36,323 nt of DNA. It comes from a virus. Taxonomy: Duplodnaviria > Caudoviricetes. The DNA lies in IMG/VR virus record IMGVR_UViG_3300020043_004017, positions 1 through 36,323 of that record; one strand, written 5' to 3'. The notes beneath the pieces are model-generated. The model was not told the origin of the DNA, searched no databases, and saw only the letters and a program-made list of their open reading frames with translations. Positions 1 through 9,456 of the stretch are shown here, one piece after another. The position numbers and the translations under genes were made by a program. Positions within the stretch are counted from its first letter, which is position 1. The number at the start of each line of letters is the position of its first letter.

Positions 1-270
1 GATGGTGTTTGGGTGGTTTTGGCGCATCCTAATTTTATTAAAGGAAAAAGAAACGCTCTATTTTTTAATAATAAAATGGATGAATACCAACAAGCAAAAG
101 AAAGATGTTTGTTTGAGGGATTTGAATTTGAAAAACAAAAAGATTATTATATAATTACTTTAAATGGTAATGGTCTTTGGGTATCTTGGAATAACTCAAA
201 AAAAATTGAGGATTTAATAGAATTTAATCTACAACTAACACAAACAGCAATCAAACAAATAGGATTATGA
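1..270 (+). CDS. Hypothetical phage protein, 5'-truncated by window edge
   Basis: Frame open from base 1 (DGVWVVLAHP...); stop overlaps next ATG (ATGA). Confidence 0.6.
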   Translation, partial: DGVWVVLAHPNFIKGKRNALFFNNKMDEYQQAKERCLFEGFEFEKQKDYYIITLNGNGLWVSWNNSKKIEDLIEFNLQLTQTAIKQIGL

Positions 271-668
271 AAACACTACTATTATTACTATTCACATCGC
301 TATCATTTAGCCAAGTTCACATAAAAGACAATCAATCATTTCATATTGCAGTTGGAAATGACGGCATAGAAATTGAAACTTCCAGAAACCTATACATAAG
401 AGCTGGATTAAGTACAGATAAAGCCGTTGGTTGCATTGGAATTAACTTGTCCGATAGCTACGATGACCAATGGGTGAACCATTTCGGAATTCGTTTAGGT
501 AAACTTTACGAAACACCTACAGCAGTATTTGGACTTGAATATGGAGTTGATAAAAAACTAACTGAAAAGCTATTTATCGGCGGTCGTGTGTATAACGATT
601 GGATAGCAAACAATATTAAAACTGAAAAAAAAGTAGTTTTTGGTATTAGATTAGGATTTTATTTGTAA
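267..668 (+). CDS. Secreted, probable small outer-membrane beta-barrel protein
   Basis: Signal peptide MKTLLLLLFTSLSFSQ; alternating beta-strand patterns (FGLEYGVD, LFIGGRVY); C-terminal FGIRLGFYL. Confidence 0.55.
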   Translation: MKTLLLLLFTSLSFSQVHIKDNQSFHIAVGNDGIEIETSRNLYIRAGLSTDKAVGCIGINLSDSYDDQWVNHFGIRLGKLYETPTAVFGLEYGVDKKLTEKLFIGGRVYNDWIANNIKTEKKVVFGIRLGFYL

Positions 669-673
669 TTTTG
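666..673 (+). promoter_or_regulatory. Bacteroidota -7 promoter element TAATTTTG before terS
   Basis: Matches TAnnTTTG; 4 nt upstream of ATG 678. Confidence 0.45.
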
Positions 674-677
674 GGGT

Positions 678-1112
678 ATGGCAGGAAGACCAATAGGAAC
701 TAAAAAAATAGAAACACCTGATAAATTATGGGAGTTATTTTTAGCTTATAAAAAAGAAGCTAAAGGTAATCCTATTTTAGTAAAAGATTGGGTAGGTAAA
801 GACGCTATTGATGTGTATAGGGAAAAAGAAAGACCTTTGACAATTGATGGTTTTGAATGTTGGTGTTATGACAACGGAATTATAAACGATTTAAGCAATT
901 ATTTTGCAAATTCTGACAATAGATATTCAGATTATTCAACTATCTGTTCACGTATTAAAAAATCGGTCAGAACAGACCAAATAGAAGGCGGTATGGCTGG
1001 AATATACAATCCAAGCATTACACAACGATTAAATGGATTAGTTGAGAAACAAGAAACTGAAATAAAAGGGGGTCTTAACATTCCAAATATTCCAGATATT
1101 GGAAACAGATAA
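678..1112 (+). CDS. terS: Terminase small subunit (P22 gp3-like)
   Basis: MAGRP start, ETPDKLWELF..Y and RPLTIDGF motifs; directly upstream of terL. Confidence 0.8.
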   Translation: MAGRPIGTKKIETPDKLWELFLAYKKEAKGNPILVKDWVGKDAIDVYREKERPLTIDGFECWCYDNGIINDLSNYFANSDNRYSDYSTICSRIKKSVRTDQIEGGMAGIYNPSITQRLNGLVEKQETEIKGGLNIPNIPDIGNR

Positions 1113-2319
1113 TAAATATAAATACTCAAAAGCCTATTTTAAAGTTTTAGATTTAATACAAAACAATCCTAAAGAAACAGTTTTTGTTATTCGTGGAGGT
1201 CAAGGAGCATCGAAAACAATTTCAATTTTAGAGTTAATAATTCAATCTTGTTTAAGTTCAGAAAAAGAAGTATCTGTTTTGTCATCTGAACTTTCTAAAA
1301 TGAAAAGGACTGTTATCCGTGATTATAAAAAGATATGTAAAGATTGGGGTGTTTTAAAAAATGAAACAGATTTTAATAAATCAGAAAGTAAACACGATTA
1401 TTTTAATGGTTCTTATTTAGACTTCTTAGGGGCTGACACAAACGATGTCGGAAAAGGTTTTAGACGTGATATTCTTTATATTAATGAAGCTGATAAATTA
1501 GAAATTGATACAGCAGTTCAATTTATTTCACGTTCAAAATTAACTATAATTGACTATAACCCTGATTGCTTATTTTGGGGTGATGATTACATAAACGAAA
1601 ATAATCTAATTACTCTAACTTTTGAGGATAATGAATATTTGCCACAAAGCGAAGTTGATTCAATTTTAGACTACAAGCAAAAAGGATTTCATAATCCTAA
1701 CTTACCTTTTGATTTATTATTCAAAGAAGATAATATAAAATCAAATTATTGGTCAAATAAATGGAAGGTTTATGGACTTGGAATGATTGGATCACTCGAT
1801 GGGGTTGTTTATTCAAATTGGGCTGAAATAGATAAAATACCTGAGGGTGCAAGATTATTAGGTTATGGATTAGATTTTGGATATTCAAACGACCCTACTG
1901 CAATAATAGAAGTTTATAAATACAATGATAAACGGATTTTAAATGAAATATGTTATTCAAGAGGTTTAAGTAATGAGGCTATTTCAACTAAAATAAATAC
2001 ACGAATGCCGTGTTATTGTGATAGTGCAGAACCTAAAAGTATTGACGAATTAAAGAAATTTAAAATTAATGCTTTGCCAGTTACAAAAGGAGCTGATAGT
2101 ATTAATTACGGAATACAAATAATGCAAAAAGAAAATTATTTAGTAACCTCTAATTCTATTAATTTAATAGATGAATTTCAAAAATATACTTGGGCTAAGG
2201 ATAAAAAAACAGGTGATGCATTAAATAAGCCAATTGATAAATACAATCACGCAATGGATGCTGTTAGATACCACGAAATGGAAAACATAGGACTTGTTAA
2301 AGAATTTTTTACGTTTTAA
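1099..2319 (+). CDS. terL: Terminase large subunit (PBSX-like)
   Basis: Walker A GGQGASKT, Walker B YINEAD, nuclease motifs GLDFG..NDP, DSAEP, HAMDA.RY. Confidence 0.93.
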   Translation: METDNKYKYSKAYFKVLDLIQNNPKETVFVIRGGQGASKTISILELIIQSCLSSEKEVSVLSSELSKMKRTVIRDYKKICKDWGVLKNETDFNKSESKHDYFNGSYLDFLGADTNDVGKGFRRDILYINEADKLEIDTAVQFISRSKLTIIDYNPDCLFWGDDYINENNLITLTFEDNEYLPQSEVDSILDYKQKGFHNPNLPFDLLFKEDNIKSNYWSNKWKVYGLGMIGSLDGVVYSNWAEIDKIPEGARLLGYGLDFGYSNDPTAIIEVYKYNDKRILNEICYSRGLSNEAISTKINTRMPCYCDSAEPKSIDELKKFKINALPVTKGADSINYGIQIMQKENYLVTSNSINLIDEFQKYTWAKDKKTGDALNKPIDKYNHAMDAVRYHEMENIGLVKEFFTF

Positions 2320-2332
2320 TTATTATTTTATA

Positions 2333-2340
2333 TATCTTTG
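2333..2340 (+). promoter_or_regulatory. -7 promoter element TATCTTTG before portal
   Basis: TAnnTTTG in intergenic gap. Confidence 0.5.
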
Positions 2341-2356
2341 ATAAAAATTCACTATA

Positions 2357-3739
2357 ATGGCAAAAAATAGAATACTAATGGCGTGGGATGTTTTAACAAA
2401 TCCCAATAAAAACTATTTTAACGAGGCTTTATACAAATTAATAGGCGGGTTAACTCAAACTTATAATCCTACTTTTGAAACTCTTATAACCAAAGGGTAT
2501 GGGGATAATCCTGATGTTAACGCTATTATCAACCAAATGGCGTCCAAGACAACCGCCGTGCCTTATTGCATAAAAAAAATAGATGATGAAGATTCATTAA
2601 AGAAAATCAAACGTTATCCAATTAATACCACTTTCCAACAAAAACGAGAAATAAAGAAACTGCAATTAAAGGCGTACGAAACAGACACGGAAATGCCTAT
2701 GCCTTTAGAACGTCCAAATCCAAATCAAACTTGGAACGATATTCTATTTTTGTATAAAGTTTATTTGAAAGTATGCGGAAATGTTTATTTGTATAAAATG
2801 TTTCCTTTAGAGGGTATGAATGCAGGACAACCGATGCAATTGTATATTTTACCGTCCCATTGGGTACAAATTGTTTTAAAAGGGAATTCAAATATTTTAG
2901 GGCTTGAAAATCCTATCGATTACTACATAATGGAACAAGGAAATCAATTTGTTAAATTTCCTGCTGAGAATATTATTCATATCAAACGTGCAAATCCTTT
3001 CTACAATCAAAGCGGCTCGCATTTATACGGATACAGCGAATTAATGGCAGCTATACGAAATATTAATAGCTCCAACAGTTTCACAGATACAAATGTAAAA
3101 ACATCTCAAAATAGCGGGGTTTATGGATTTATACACGCTGGAGATGGCGCAACACCATTGACACAAGAACAAGCAAAAGATCTAAAAGAGCGTTTGGTCG
3201 ATATGGATAATTCAAGTGAGAAACTATCTAATATTGCTGGAGCATCTGGCAAACTTGGATTTACTAGAATTTCATTGACAACCGATGAATTAAAACCATT
3301 TGACTTTCTAAGTAATGATAGACGCACACTATGCAACTGTTTAAACTGGCCTATTGATTTATTGAATGAAGAAAGAAGCGGAACAGGTTTTGGAGTTGAT
3401 GGAGTTATTGAAGCACGTAAACGAGCTATCACCGACAATATCAAACCTGATTTAGATTTGTTTGCAGCTTCGTTTAACAAAGAATTTATACAGAAATTCA
3501 AAGGATATGAAAATACAGAACTGGATTTTGATATTACTGAATTGCCCGAAATGCAAACGGATATGGAAACTATGTCTAAATGGGTAAATGCAGTTCCATT
3601 AACTTTAAATGAACGTAGGGAAGTTTTCAATTATGAGGAGGTAGATGATGAAATGATGAATGAGATTTATATTCCTAATGGAATAATTAACATTAATGAT
3701 CCGAGCGTAACCGATATGCAATCAAATGGACAAGCTTAG
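2357..3739 (+). CDS. Portal protein (HK97 family)
   Basis: LERPNPNQT, GNVY, IIHIK, LYGYS, TLNERR motifs; follows terL. Confidence 0.92.
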   Translation: MAKNRILMAWDVLTNPNKNYFNEALYKLIGGLTQTYNPTFETLITKGYGDNPDVNAIINQMASKTTAVPYCIKKIDDEDSLKKIKRYPINTTFQQKREIKKLQLKAYETDTEMPMPLERPNPNQTWNDILFLYKVYLKVCGNVYLYKMFPLEGMNAGQPMQLYILPSHWVQIVLKGNSNILGLENPIDYYIMEQGNQFVKFPAENIIHIKRANPFYNQSGSHLYGYSELMAAIRNINSSNSFTDTNVKTSQNSGVYGFIHAGDGATPLTQEQAKDLKERLVDMDNSSEKLSNIAGASGKLGFTRISLTTDELKPFDFLSNDRRTLCNCLNWPIDLLNEERSGTGFGVDGVIEARKRAITDNIKPDLDLFAASFNKEFIQKFKGYENTELDFDITELPEMQTDMETMSKWVNAVPLTLNERREVFNYEEVDDEMMNEIYIPNGIININDPSVTDMQSNGQA

Positions 3740-4454
3740 ACAAAGACAAGAAATACAAGCATATCGGATAGTAAGGCGTAATGTCTTGAAAATTGTCAAT
3801 GCTATTCCGTTTAATAATATGTCTAAATTGACTTATGAATATTTGATTAATGCAAATGTAACAGTTGAACAAATAAAAACAATGTATAACGAAATTTATA
3901 CGACTTTAGGAAAACCGCATTATAAACGAATTCAAAAAAGCATTAAAGCCGAAATAGATTTTGAAAGCATTATTAGTGCGTGGTTAAATCAAAACGCAGG
4001 ATTAAGGATTGTTTCTGTTCACGCTACATTGATTGAAAGTATTGTAAAAGTAATCACAGACGGTTACGAAAATAATTTATCGGTTGCCGATATAACACGA
4101 AATTTGCAACGTCAATTTGGATGGTACAAGGCACAAGCATTGAGAATAGCAAGAACCGAAACTACAACGGCCACAAATGTAGCCACGGTATTAGCTGCTC
4201 AAAGTTCTAATTTAGTACTAGAAAAGAATTGGGTATCAGTTCAAGACAATAGAACACGTAGAAAAGTGTATGATCATTTAGATATGAATGGTCAAAAAGT
4301 TGATGAATTTGCACCGTTTTTCGTAGGTGGTGAAAACTTGGAATATCCGGGTGACCCAAAAGGAAGCGCAGGGAATACAATTAATTGCCGTTGTAAAGTT
4401 GTTTTTACGGTTAAATTAGATGAGAATGGAAAACCAATAAGTAAAATAAAATAG
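3726..4454 (+). CDS. Minor head / head morphogenesis protein (Mu gpF / SPP1 gp7 family)
   Basis: RIARTET, W.S..D.RTR..H, YPGDP...NTINCRC. Confidence 0.9.
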   Translation: MDKLRQRQEIQAYRIVRRNVLKIVNAIPFNNMSKLTYEYLINANVTVEQIKTMYNEIYTTLGKPHYKRIQKSIKAEIDFESIISAWLNQNAGLRIVSVHATLIESIVKVITDGYENNLSVADITRNLQRQFGWYKAQALRIARTETTTATNVATVLAAQSSNLVLEKNWVSVQDNRTRRKVYDHLDMNGQKVDEFAPFFVGGENLEYPGDPKGSAGNTINCRCKVVFTVKLDENGKPISKIK

Positions 4455-4456
4455 TT

Positions 4457-4546
4457 ATGAAAGACAAATTAGAATTATTAGGAGTGTTTTTACTATTAGT
4501 AGGCAGTTTGATATTGTGTATATGGTTTATACATTTGCTTTGGTAA
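4457..4546 (+). CDS. 29-aa single-TM peptide (not in ORF track)
   Basis: MKDKLELLGVFLLLVGSLILCIWFIHLLW*; starts 2 nt after upstream stop. Confidence 0.5.
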   Translation: MKDKLELLGVFLLLVGSLILCIWFIHLLW

Positions 4547-4588
4547 AAAAATAATTTAACTATTTAGACTAAATTAAAATAATATTAA

Positions 4589-4596
4589 TATATTTG
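4589..4596 (+). promoter_or_regulatory. -7 promoter element TATATTTG before prohead protease
   Basis: TAnnTTTG, 4 nt upstream of ATG 4601. Confidence 0.5.
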
Positions 4597-4600
4597 TATT

Positions 4601-5260
4601 ATGGAATTCAAACAATTATCATACGATTTAAAAGAATTAGACGAAACAAAAGGCGTGGTAACTGCTTATGCTAACGTTTACAACTTCAAAGATAGTGACG
4701 GAGATATTTCAGCTTATGGTTCATTTGATAAAACGGTAAGCGAAAATTTTAAACGTATTCGAGTATTAAAAGACCACAATCCTACAATGATGATAGGCGT
4801 ACCTTTAGCAATCGATACAAAAGATGCTTACGGACTTTTGACTACTTCACAATTCAATATGAACAAGCCATTAGGCAAAGATATGTTTACCGATGTGAAA
4901 CTAATGCACGATTCAGGATTGAATGCTGAATTAAGCATAGGTTACAAAGTCATTCAACGTGACCAAAAAAACAAATTCATTATTCAGGAATACAAATTAA
5001 TGGAATATTCTTTTTTATCCAGTTGGGGAGCAAATCAATTAAGCACAGTACAAGACATTAAATCTATTAAATCAGTTTATGGAACTATGGAGTTGTTACA
5101 GAAAATGTATAACTTACCATATTCAGATCCAAGACTAATGCAAATTGAAACATTATTAAAAGCACTTACTAATGAGCCGTCAGAAACTGACACTTTGATA
5201 AATGAGCCGCTTACGATTGAAACATTAAAATCATTTACAAACTCATTAAAAATCAAATAA
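4601..5260 (+). CDS. HK97-family prohead protease
   Basis: DSDGD..GSF, catalytic His (LKDHN), LSIGY, EYS.....AN. Confidence 0.92.
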   Translation: MEFKQLSYDLKELDETKGVVTAYANVYNFKDSDGDISAYGSFDKTVSENFKRIRVLKDHNPTMMIGVPLAIDTKDAYGLLTTSQFNMNKPLGKDMFTDVKLMHDSGLNAELSIGYKVIQRDQKNKFIIQEYKLMEYSFLSSWGANQLSTVQDIKSIKSVYGTMELLQKMYNLPYSDPRLMQIETLLKALTNEPSETDTLINEPLTIETLKSFTNSLKIK

Positions 5261-5261
5261 A

Positions 5262-6410
5262 ATGGACGAAAAATTATTAGCCGAATTGACAAACATCAAA
5301 ACAGGCTTAGAAACAAAAACAGCCTTAGAAGTTAAAACTGCTTTAGAAGCGTTTGAAACTAAATTAAGCGAAAGCAACAAAAAACAATTCGAAGCCGAAT
5401 TGAAAGCCGTTACTGATGCAATGGAATTGAAATTGCAAGCTGTTCAAGCACACGCAGACAAACTTGACATTAAATTGCAAGAAAAAGGAGCAGAAACAAA
5501 AAACGAAGATACTTTGGTAAAATCAATCAAAGATAATTTCGATGGTATTTCAAATGTTCGCAAAGGAAATGCAGTACAGGTTAAAGCTGTTGGAAATATG
5601 ACCTTAGGTGCAAACTTAACAGGTGACGCTCCTAGAGATTACAACCTCGATGTTGTTATGATACCAGGACAATTGATAAACGTTTCAGATTTAGTTGGAA
5701 GTGTAAACATTGCAGGTGGAACTTATACCTATCCTAGAGAGGGAGCTGGAGAAGGGTCTATTGCTGCTCAAACAGAGGGATCTTCTAAATCACAACGTGA
5801 CTACGATTTCACAATGGTTGATTTAACAACTAATTTCATTGCAGGTTTTACTCGCTATTCTAAAAAAATGGCTAACAACTTGCCTTTCTTAACTTCTTTC
5901 ATTCCGAAAGCATTAAGACGTGATTATGCAATCGCTGAAAATTCAATTTTCAACACTGTATTGGCTGCTGCTGCAACTGCATCTGCTCAAATTATTACAG
6001 GGAAAAACAAAATTGAAATGTTGTTGAATGAAATAGCAACACAAGAAGGATTGAACTTTTCAGTTAATGGTATCGTTGTAAGACCAGCAGACTATTGGGA
6101 TATCTTGAAAACAGAAAAATCAACAGGAGCAGGTTATGGATTGCCAGGTATTGTAACTTTAGAAGGTGGACAATTACGCGTCAATGGTATTCCAATCTAT
6201 AAAGCTAACTGGTTAGCTGCTAATAAATACTATGTTGGAGATTGGTCACGTATCAACAAAATTGTAACTGAGGGATTGTCTTTGGAATTTAGCGAAACCG
6301 AAGGAACTAACTTTGTAACAAACAACATTACAGCACGTATCGAAGCACAAGTAGGATTGGCGGTTGAGCAACCAGCAGCTATCATCTACGGAGATTTTAC
6401 CGCAGTATAA
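5262..6410 (+). CDS. Major capsid protein (HK97 fold) with N-terminal coiled-coil delta domain
   Basis: Helical N-terminal ~100 aa; EGSSKS, GIP, VGDW, F..N....R.E motifs; followed by terminator. Confidence 0.92.
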   Translation: MDEKLLAELTNIKTGLETKTALEVKTALEAFETKLSESNKKQFEAELKAVTDAMELKLQAVQAHADKLDIKLQEKGAETKNEDTLVKSIKDNFDGISNVRKGNAVQVKAVGNMTLGANLTGDAPRDYNLDVVMIPGQLINVSDLVGSVNIAGGTYTYPREGAGEGSIAAQTEGSSKSQRDYDFTMVDLTTNFIAGFTRYSKKMANNLPFLTSFIPKALRRDYAIAENSIFNTVLAAAATASAQIITGKNKIEMLLNEIATQEGLNFSVNGIVVRPADYWDILKTEKSTGAGYGLPGIVTLEGGQLRVNGIPIYKANWLAANKYYVGDWSRINKIVTEGLSLEFSETEGTNFVTNNITARIEAQVGLAVEQPAAIIYGDFTAV

Positions 6411-6430
6411 TTTTTTGATTAGTTAATTTT

Positions 6431-6463
6431 AAAAACCGTTTGTTAATTCAAACGGTTTTTTTT
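6431..6463 (+). terminator. Intrinsic terminator after capsid gene
   Basis: AAAAACCGTTTG-ttaatt-CAAACGGTTTTT followed by more T. Confidence 0.85.
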
Positions 6464-6494
6464 ATATCTTTGATATAACTTTAAAAATTACATT

Positions 6495-6743
6495 ATGAAA
6501 TACGAAGTTTTAAAACCGTTTTTTAAATTGTCGGAACAAAAGAATTATGAAGTAGGCTCTATAATTGAGTTATCAGAAGAAGATGCCGAAAGAATGTTGA
6601 AATATGATTTAGTAAAAAATAATTCCTATGCAAATTCAGAAGAAGGGACAAAAGGAATTGTTACAAGAAAAACACCAGAGCAAGCCGATAAAGAAATTAA
6701 GAAATTAAATAAAAACAATGACTACATACTTAGATGTTATTAG
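6495..6743 (+). CDS. Small head-associated protein
   Basis: Position after MCP; Y..G..IEL..E.AE pattern; TATCTTTG element upstream. Confidence 0.55.
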   Translation: MKYEVLKPFFKLSEQKNYEVGSIIELSEEDAERMLKYDLVKNNSYANSEEGTKGIVTRKTPEQADKEIKKLNKNNDYILRCY

Positions 6744-7170
6744 TTTAGATCAAGCTAAATTATACTTGAAAGTTGATGCGTTACAAACTGAAACGGATAA
6801 CGAAATTACAAGTATGATAAATAGCTCTTTGTCGTTTATCGAAAAACGTACAGGGCACCATTTTAAAACAAAGAACAAAACTTTTTATTCGTGTGCTTTA
6901 GTAAATAGTGTGATTGTTTATGATTATCCAATTATTGATGCTCCAGCAGGAACACAAGCAAGACAGCTTAATTCTGTTGTGCCAACAGTTGATGGTTCGG
7001 TTGTTTTAGAACTTGGATACGCTTCTTTAGATGATATTCCTAGTGAATTAATAGATGCCGCTTTGCAAATCATTAAAGTATGGTTTTATGAAAGCGAAAA
7101 ACAAGAAAATACTTCATTGATACCTTTATCGGTATTGCAAGCAATTGATGCTAATAGACGATTTATATGA
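6718..7170 (+). CDS. Head-tail connector (gp6/gp15-like)
   Basis: SL.QAK.YLKVD....D..I..MI; IP.EL..A.L. Confidence 0.85.
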   Translation: MTTYLDVISLDQAKLYLKVDALQTETDNEITSMINSSLSFIEKRTGHHFKTKNKTFYSCALVNSVIVYDYPIIDAPAGTQARQLNSVVPTVDGSVVLELGYASLDDIPSELIDAALQIIKVWFYESEKQENTSLIPLSVLQAIDANRRFI

Positions 7171-7349
7171 GCAAGCAAAAAGAAAAAGAATTTAAGTTGT
7201 TTGGAATTATTATTTATGTTCAATATTTTTTCTATCACTTTGGAATAGCAATTGACTATGAAAGATATTCTACATATCGTAATATCTCTATATTATTGCC
7301 TTTTGTTGTGTTTGCTTTTGAGTTTCCTATAAAAGAAAAAATAAAATGA
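7167..7349 (+). CDS. Small hydrophobic/aromatic hypothetical protein
   Basis: 60 aa with ATGA overlaps at both ends. Confidence 0.55.
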   Translation: MSKQKEKEFKLFGIIIYVQYFFYHFGIAIDYERYSTYRNISILLPFVVFAFEFPIKEKIK

Positions 7350-7672
7350 TAGCCAGAAAATACACAAAAGCAATAGGAATTTGGAAAACTACAACCGTAC
7401 CAGATGGATATGGTGGTAACACGGTAACTACTGCTTTGGTTTATTCAGTATGGGCAAATGTAGTGACTAAAAAAGCATATCGACAAAATGAGAACGGTCA
7501 AAATGATAATTTTGTTCAAACCATTTTTACCATTAGAAACAGATATGATGTTGATTTAAATGTAGAAGAAAATTTCATAAAATACAACGGATTAATTTAT
7601 AATATCGATTCTATTTTAAACAAGGATTTGAATAATATTGATATTGAAATATATGGAACTCAAAGGACTTGA
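7346..7672 (+). CDS. Head closure / head-tail adaptor (SPP1 gp16-like)
   Basis: PDGYGG, VWANV, FTIR, YNG..YNI. Confidence 0.85.
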   Translation: MIARKYTKAIGIWKTTTVPDGYGGNTVTTALVYSVWANVVTKKAYRQNENGQNDNFVQTIFTIRNRYDVDLNVEENFIKYNGLIYNIDSILNKDLNNIDIEIYGTQRT

Positions 7673-8081
7673 CAAAGTTGTAGCTAATTTACGTAAATAC
7701 GGCAAAGAAGCGGAAAAAGATATAGAAGATGCTACTCAGGTAGCGGCCAGAAATATTGAGCTTTATGCAAAAAGTACGGTTGCAGCTAACTTTGGTAAAT
7801 TAGGACAATCTATACAGGCTAAACAAGAAGATAAAACACATTGGACTATTGAAGCTGGCGGAACAGTTGCTCCTTATGCTGCTTATGTAGAATTTGGAAC
7901 AGGTGGTTTAGTTCAAGTGCCAAATGAATTAAAAGAGCAGGCTTGGTTGTTTAAAGGCAAAGGAATTAAAGAGGTTAATTTAAGAGCAAGACCTTATCTT
8001 TATCCATCTTTATTGAGAGGGCGCAAAGAATATTTAAAAGCATTAAAAGACTTATTAAAAGATTATGGTAAATCCAAATAA
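7653..8081 (+). CDS. HK97 gp10-like tail completion protein
   Basis: KGLD, G.L..SI, YAAYVEFGT, ARPYLYP; ATG 7653 preferred over TTG 7638. Confidence 0.85.
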   Translation: MELKGLDKVVANLRKYGKEAEKDIEDATQVAARNIELYAKSTVAANFGKLGQSIQAKQEDKTHWTIEAGGTVAPYAAYVEFGTGGLVQVPNELKEQAWLFKGKGIKEVNLRARPYLYPSLLRGRKEYLKALKDLLKDYGKSK

Positions 8082-8466
8082 ATATATTCGAAAAGCTATT
8101 TATGACGCTGTTAATGCAACTTATCCGTGCTTTGATACACAAGTTACTGGGAAGCTAAACCCAACTCAATACGTCATTATATCAACACAAGATAAAGAGG
8201 ATATTAATCCAAATAAATGCGGCCACAGGTGGGAAGTAGCTACTTTATTGGATTTAGTTTGCATCTACAACGGTGCTGGGAATGTCGGCAGCCGTGTTGC
8301 TAATGATGATATGGAAAATGCTATTTTAGGACTAATTGCAAATGTTCAAATATCAGGATTTACAGTATTAAATCGAGTATATGAATTTCCATCTAATTTA
8401 GACACAAGCACATCGACACAAACAGTTTATAGAAATTTTATCCGTTTAGTGTTAACATTGGAATAA
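8065..8466 (+). CDS. Tail terminator protein
   Basis: Size and position between gp10 and tail tube; P.QYVII motif. Confidence 0.65.
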   Translation: MVNPNKYIRKAIYDAVNATYPCFDTQVTGKLNPTQYVIISTQDKEDINPNKCGHRWEVATLLDLVCIYNGAGNVGSRVANDDMENAILGLIANVQISGFTVLNRVYEFPSNLDTSTSTQTVYRNFIRLVLTLE

Positions 8467-8503
8467 TTTAATTATATTTACATAAAATTTAAAACTTACT
8501 ATT

Positions 8504-8947
8504 ATGAGCATCAAAGGCGAAAAAGGAATTATCTACATTTATACAGGTTCGGCCTATAAGCCAGTAGCTTGTTTAACTTCAAACAGTTTAAATACAACTG
8601 TTTCAATGATTGAAAGTCAAACAAAATGTTATCCGGGCGTTGTTAAGAAAACAGCAGGTACATTTAGTTATACAATCGATGCAGAAGGAGAATACATCGA
8701 CACTACGACAGTAGGAGGTGATACTGCCAAACAATCTCACGATGCGTTGTTTTTGCTACAACAAGCTAAAACAAAAGTAGATTGGAAACTTGACACTAAT
8801 ATTGACGATGCTACATCTGTAAAATATTTTGGAAGCGGTTATTTAACTGATTTGAGCGCAACATTTGGAAGTGGTGACGAAGTTACAACATTTAGCACAA
8901 CCATTGATGGAGATGGAGCAATTGTATTAACTGATCCTCACGCCTGA
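8504..8947 (+). CDS. Major tail tube protein (TP901-1-like)
   Basis: IKG...IYI, ACLTSNSL, YFGSGYLTDL, TFS.TI.GDG. Confidence 0.85.
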   Translation: MSIKGEKGIIYIYTGSAYKPVACLTSNSLNTTVSMIESQTKCYPGVVKKTAGTFSYTIDAEGEYIDTTTVGGDTAKQSHDALFLLQQAKTKVDWKLDTNIDDATSVKYFGSGYLTDLSATFGSGDEVTTFSTTIDGDGAIVLTDPHA

Positions 8948-9005
8948 ACTAGCGTTTTCAATAGTGTTTTTAGCAGTGAATTTGCTTAACCTTAAATAAA
9001 ACAAA

Positions 9006-9455
9006 ATGACAAATACAGCATTAAAGGCGCAGATTGACAGCCAAATTACAAATGAAACGACCCCAGCAGGAATAACTCCTACAGATGTAGGAATTAATTT
9101 AAAATCGATTGTTGACTATGTAGATCAAGAAACAGGAGGTACAAGCGCATCAGTAACACTAAGCGCAACACCTTCGGAATTAACGAATAAAATAACTTCT
9201 TGTAGTTTTACTGGAGGTGTCGCTTATCTGCCTGCAGTCACAAAAATAGGTACAGAAATGTATGTAATTGCAGTTTCAAATAATATTGAAGTTCGTGCAA
9301 ATGTATCCAACACGTCTAAAATGTTTGAAACATTTAATACTTTTGTCGCTAACGTTGTATTAACACAATACCAAATGTATAGATTTATTTATATTGGATT
9401 TGGTACAGGATCAGGAGGCTCAGTAGATGGATATTGGAAAGCAGAATTATTATAG
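9006..9455 (+). CDS. Tail-associated decoration / short fibre-like protein
   Basis: N-terminal QI.NET..AGITP..VG..L motif, beta-rich C-terminus; between tube and chaperones. Confidence 0.45.
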   Translation: MTNTALKAQIDSQITNETTPAGITPTDVGINLKSIVDYVDQETGGTSASVTLSATPSELTNKITSCSFTGGVAYLPAVTKIGTEMYVIAVSNNIEVRANVSNTSKMFETFNTFVANVVLTQYQMYRFIYIGFGTGSGGSVDGYWKAELL

Positions 9456-9456
9456 T

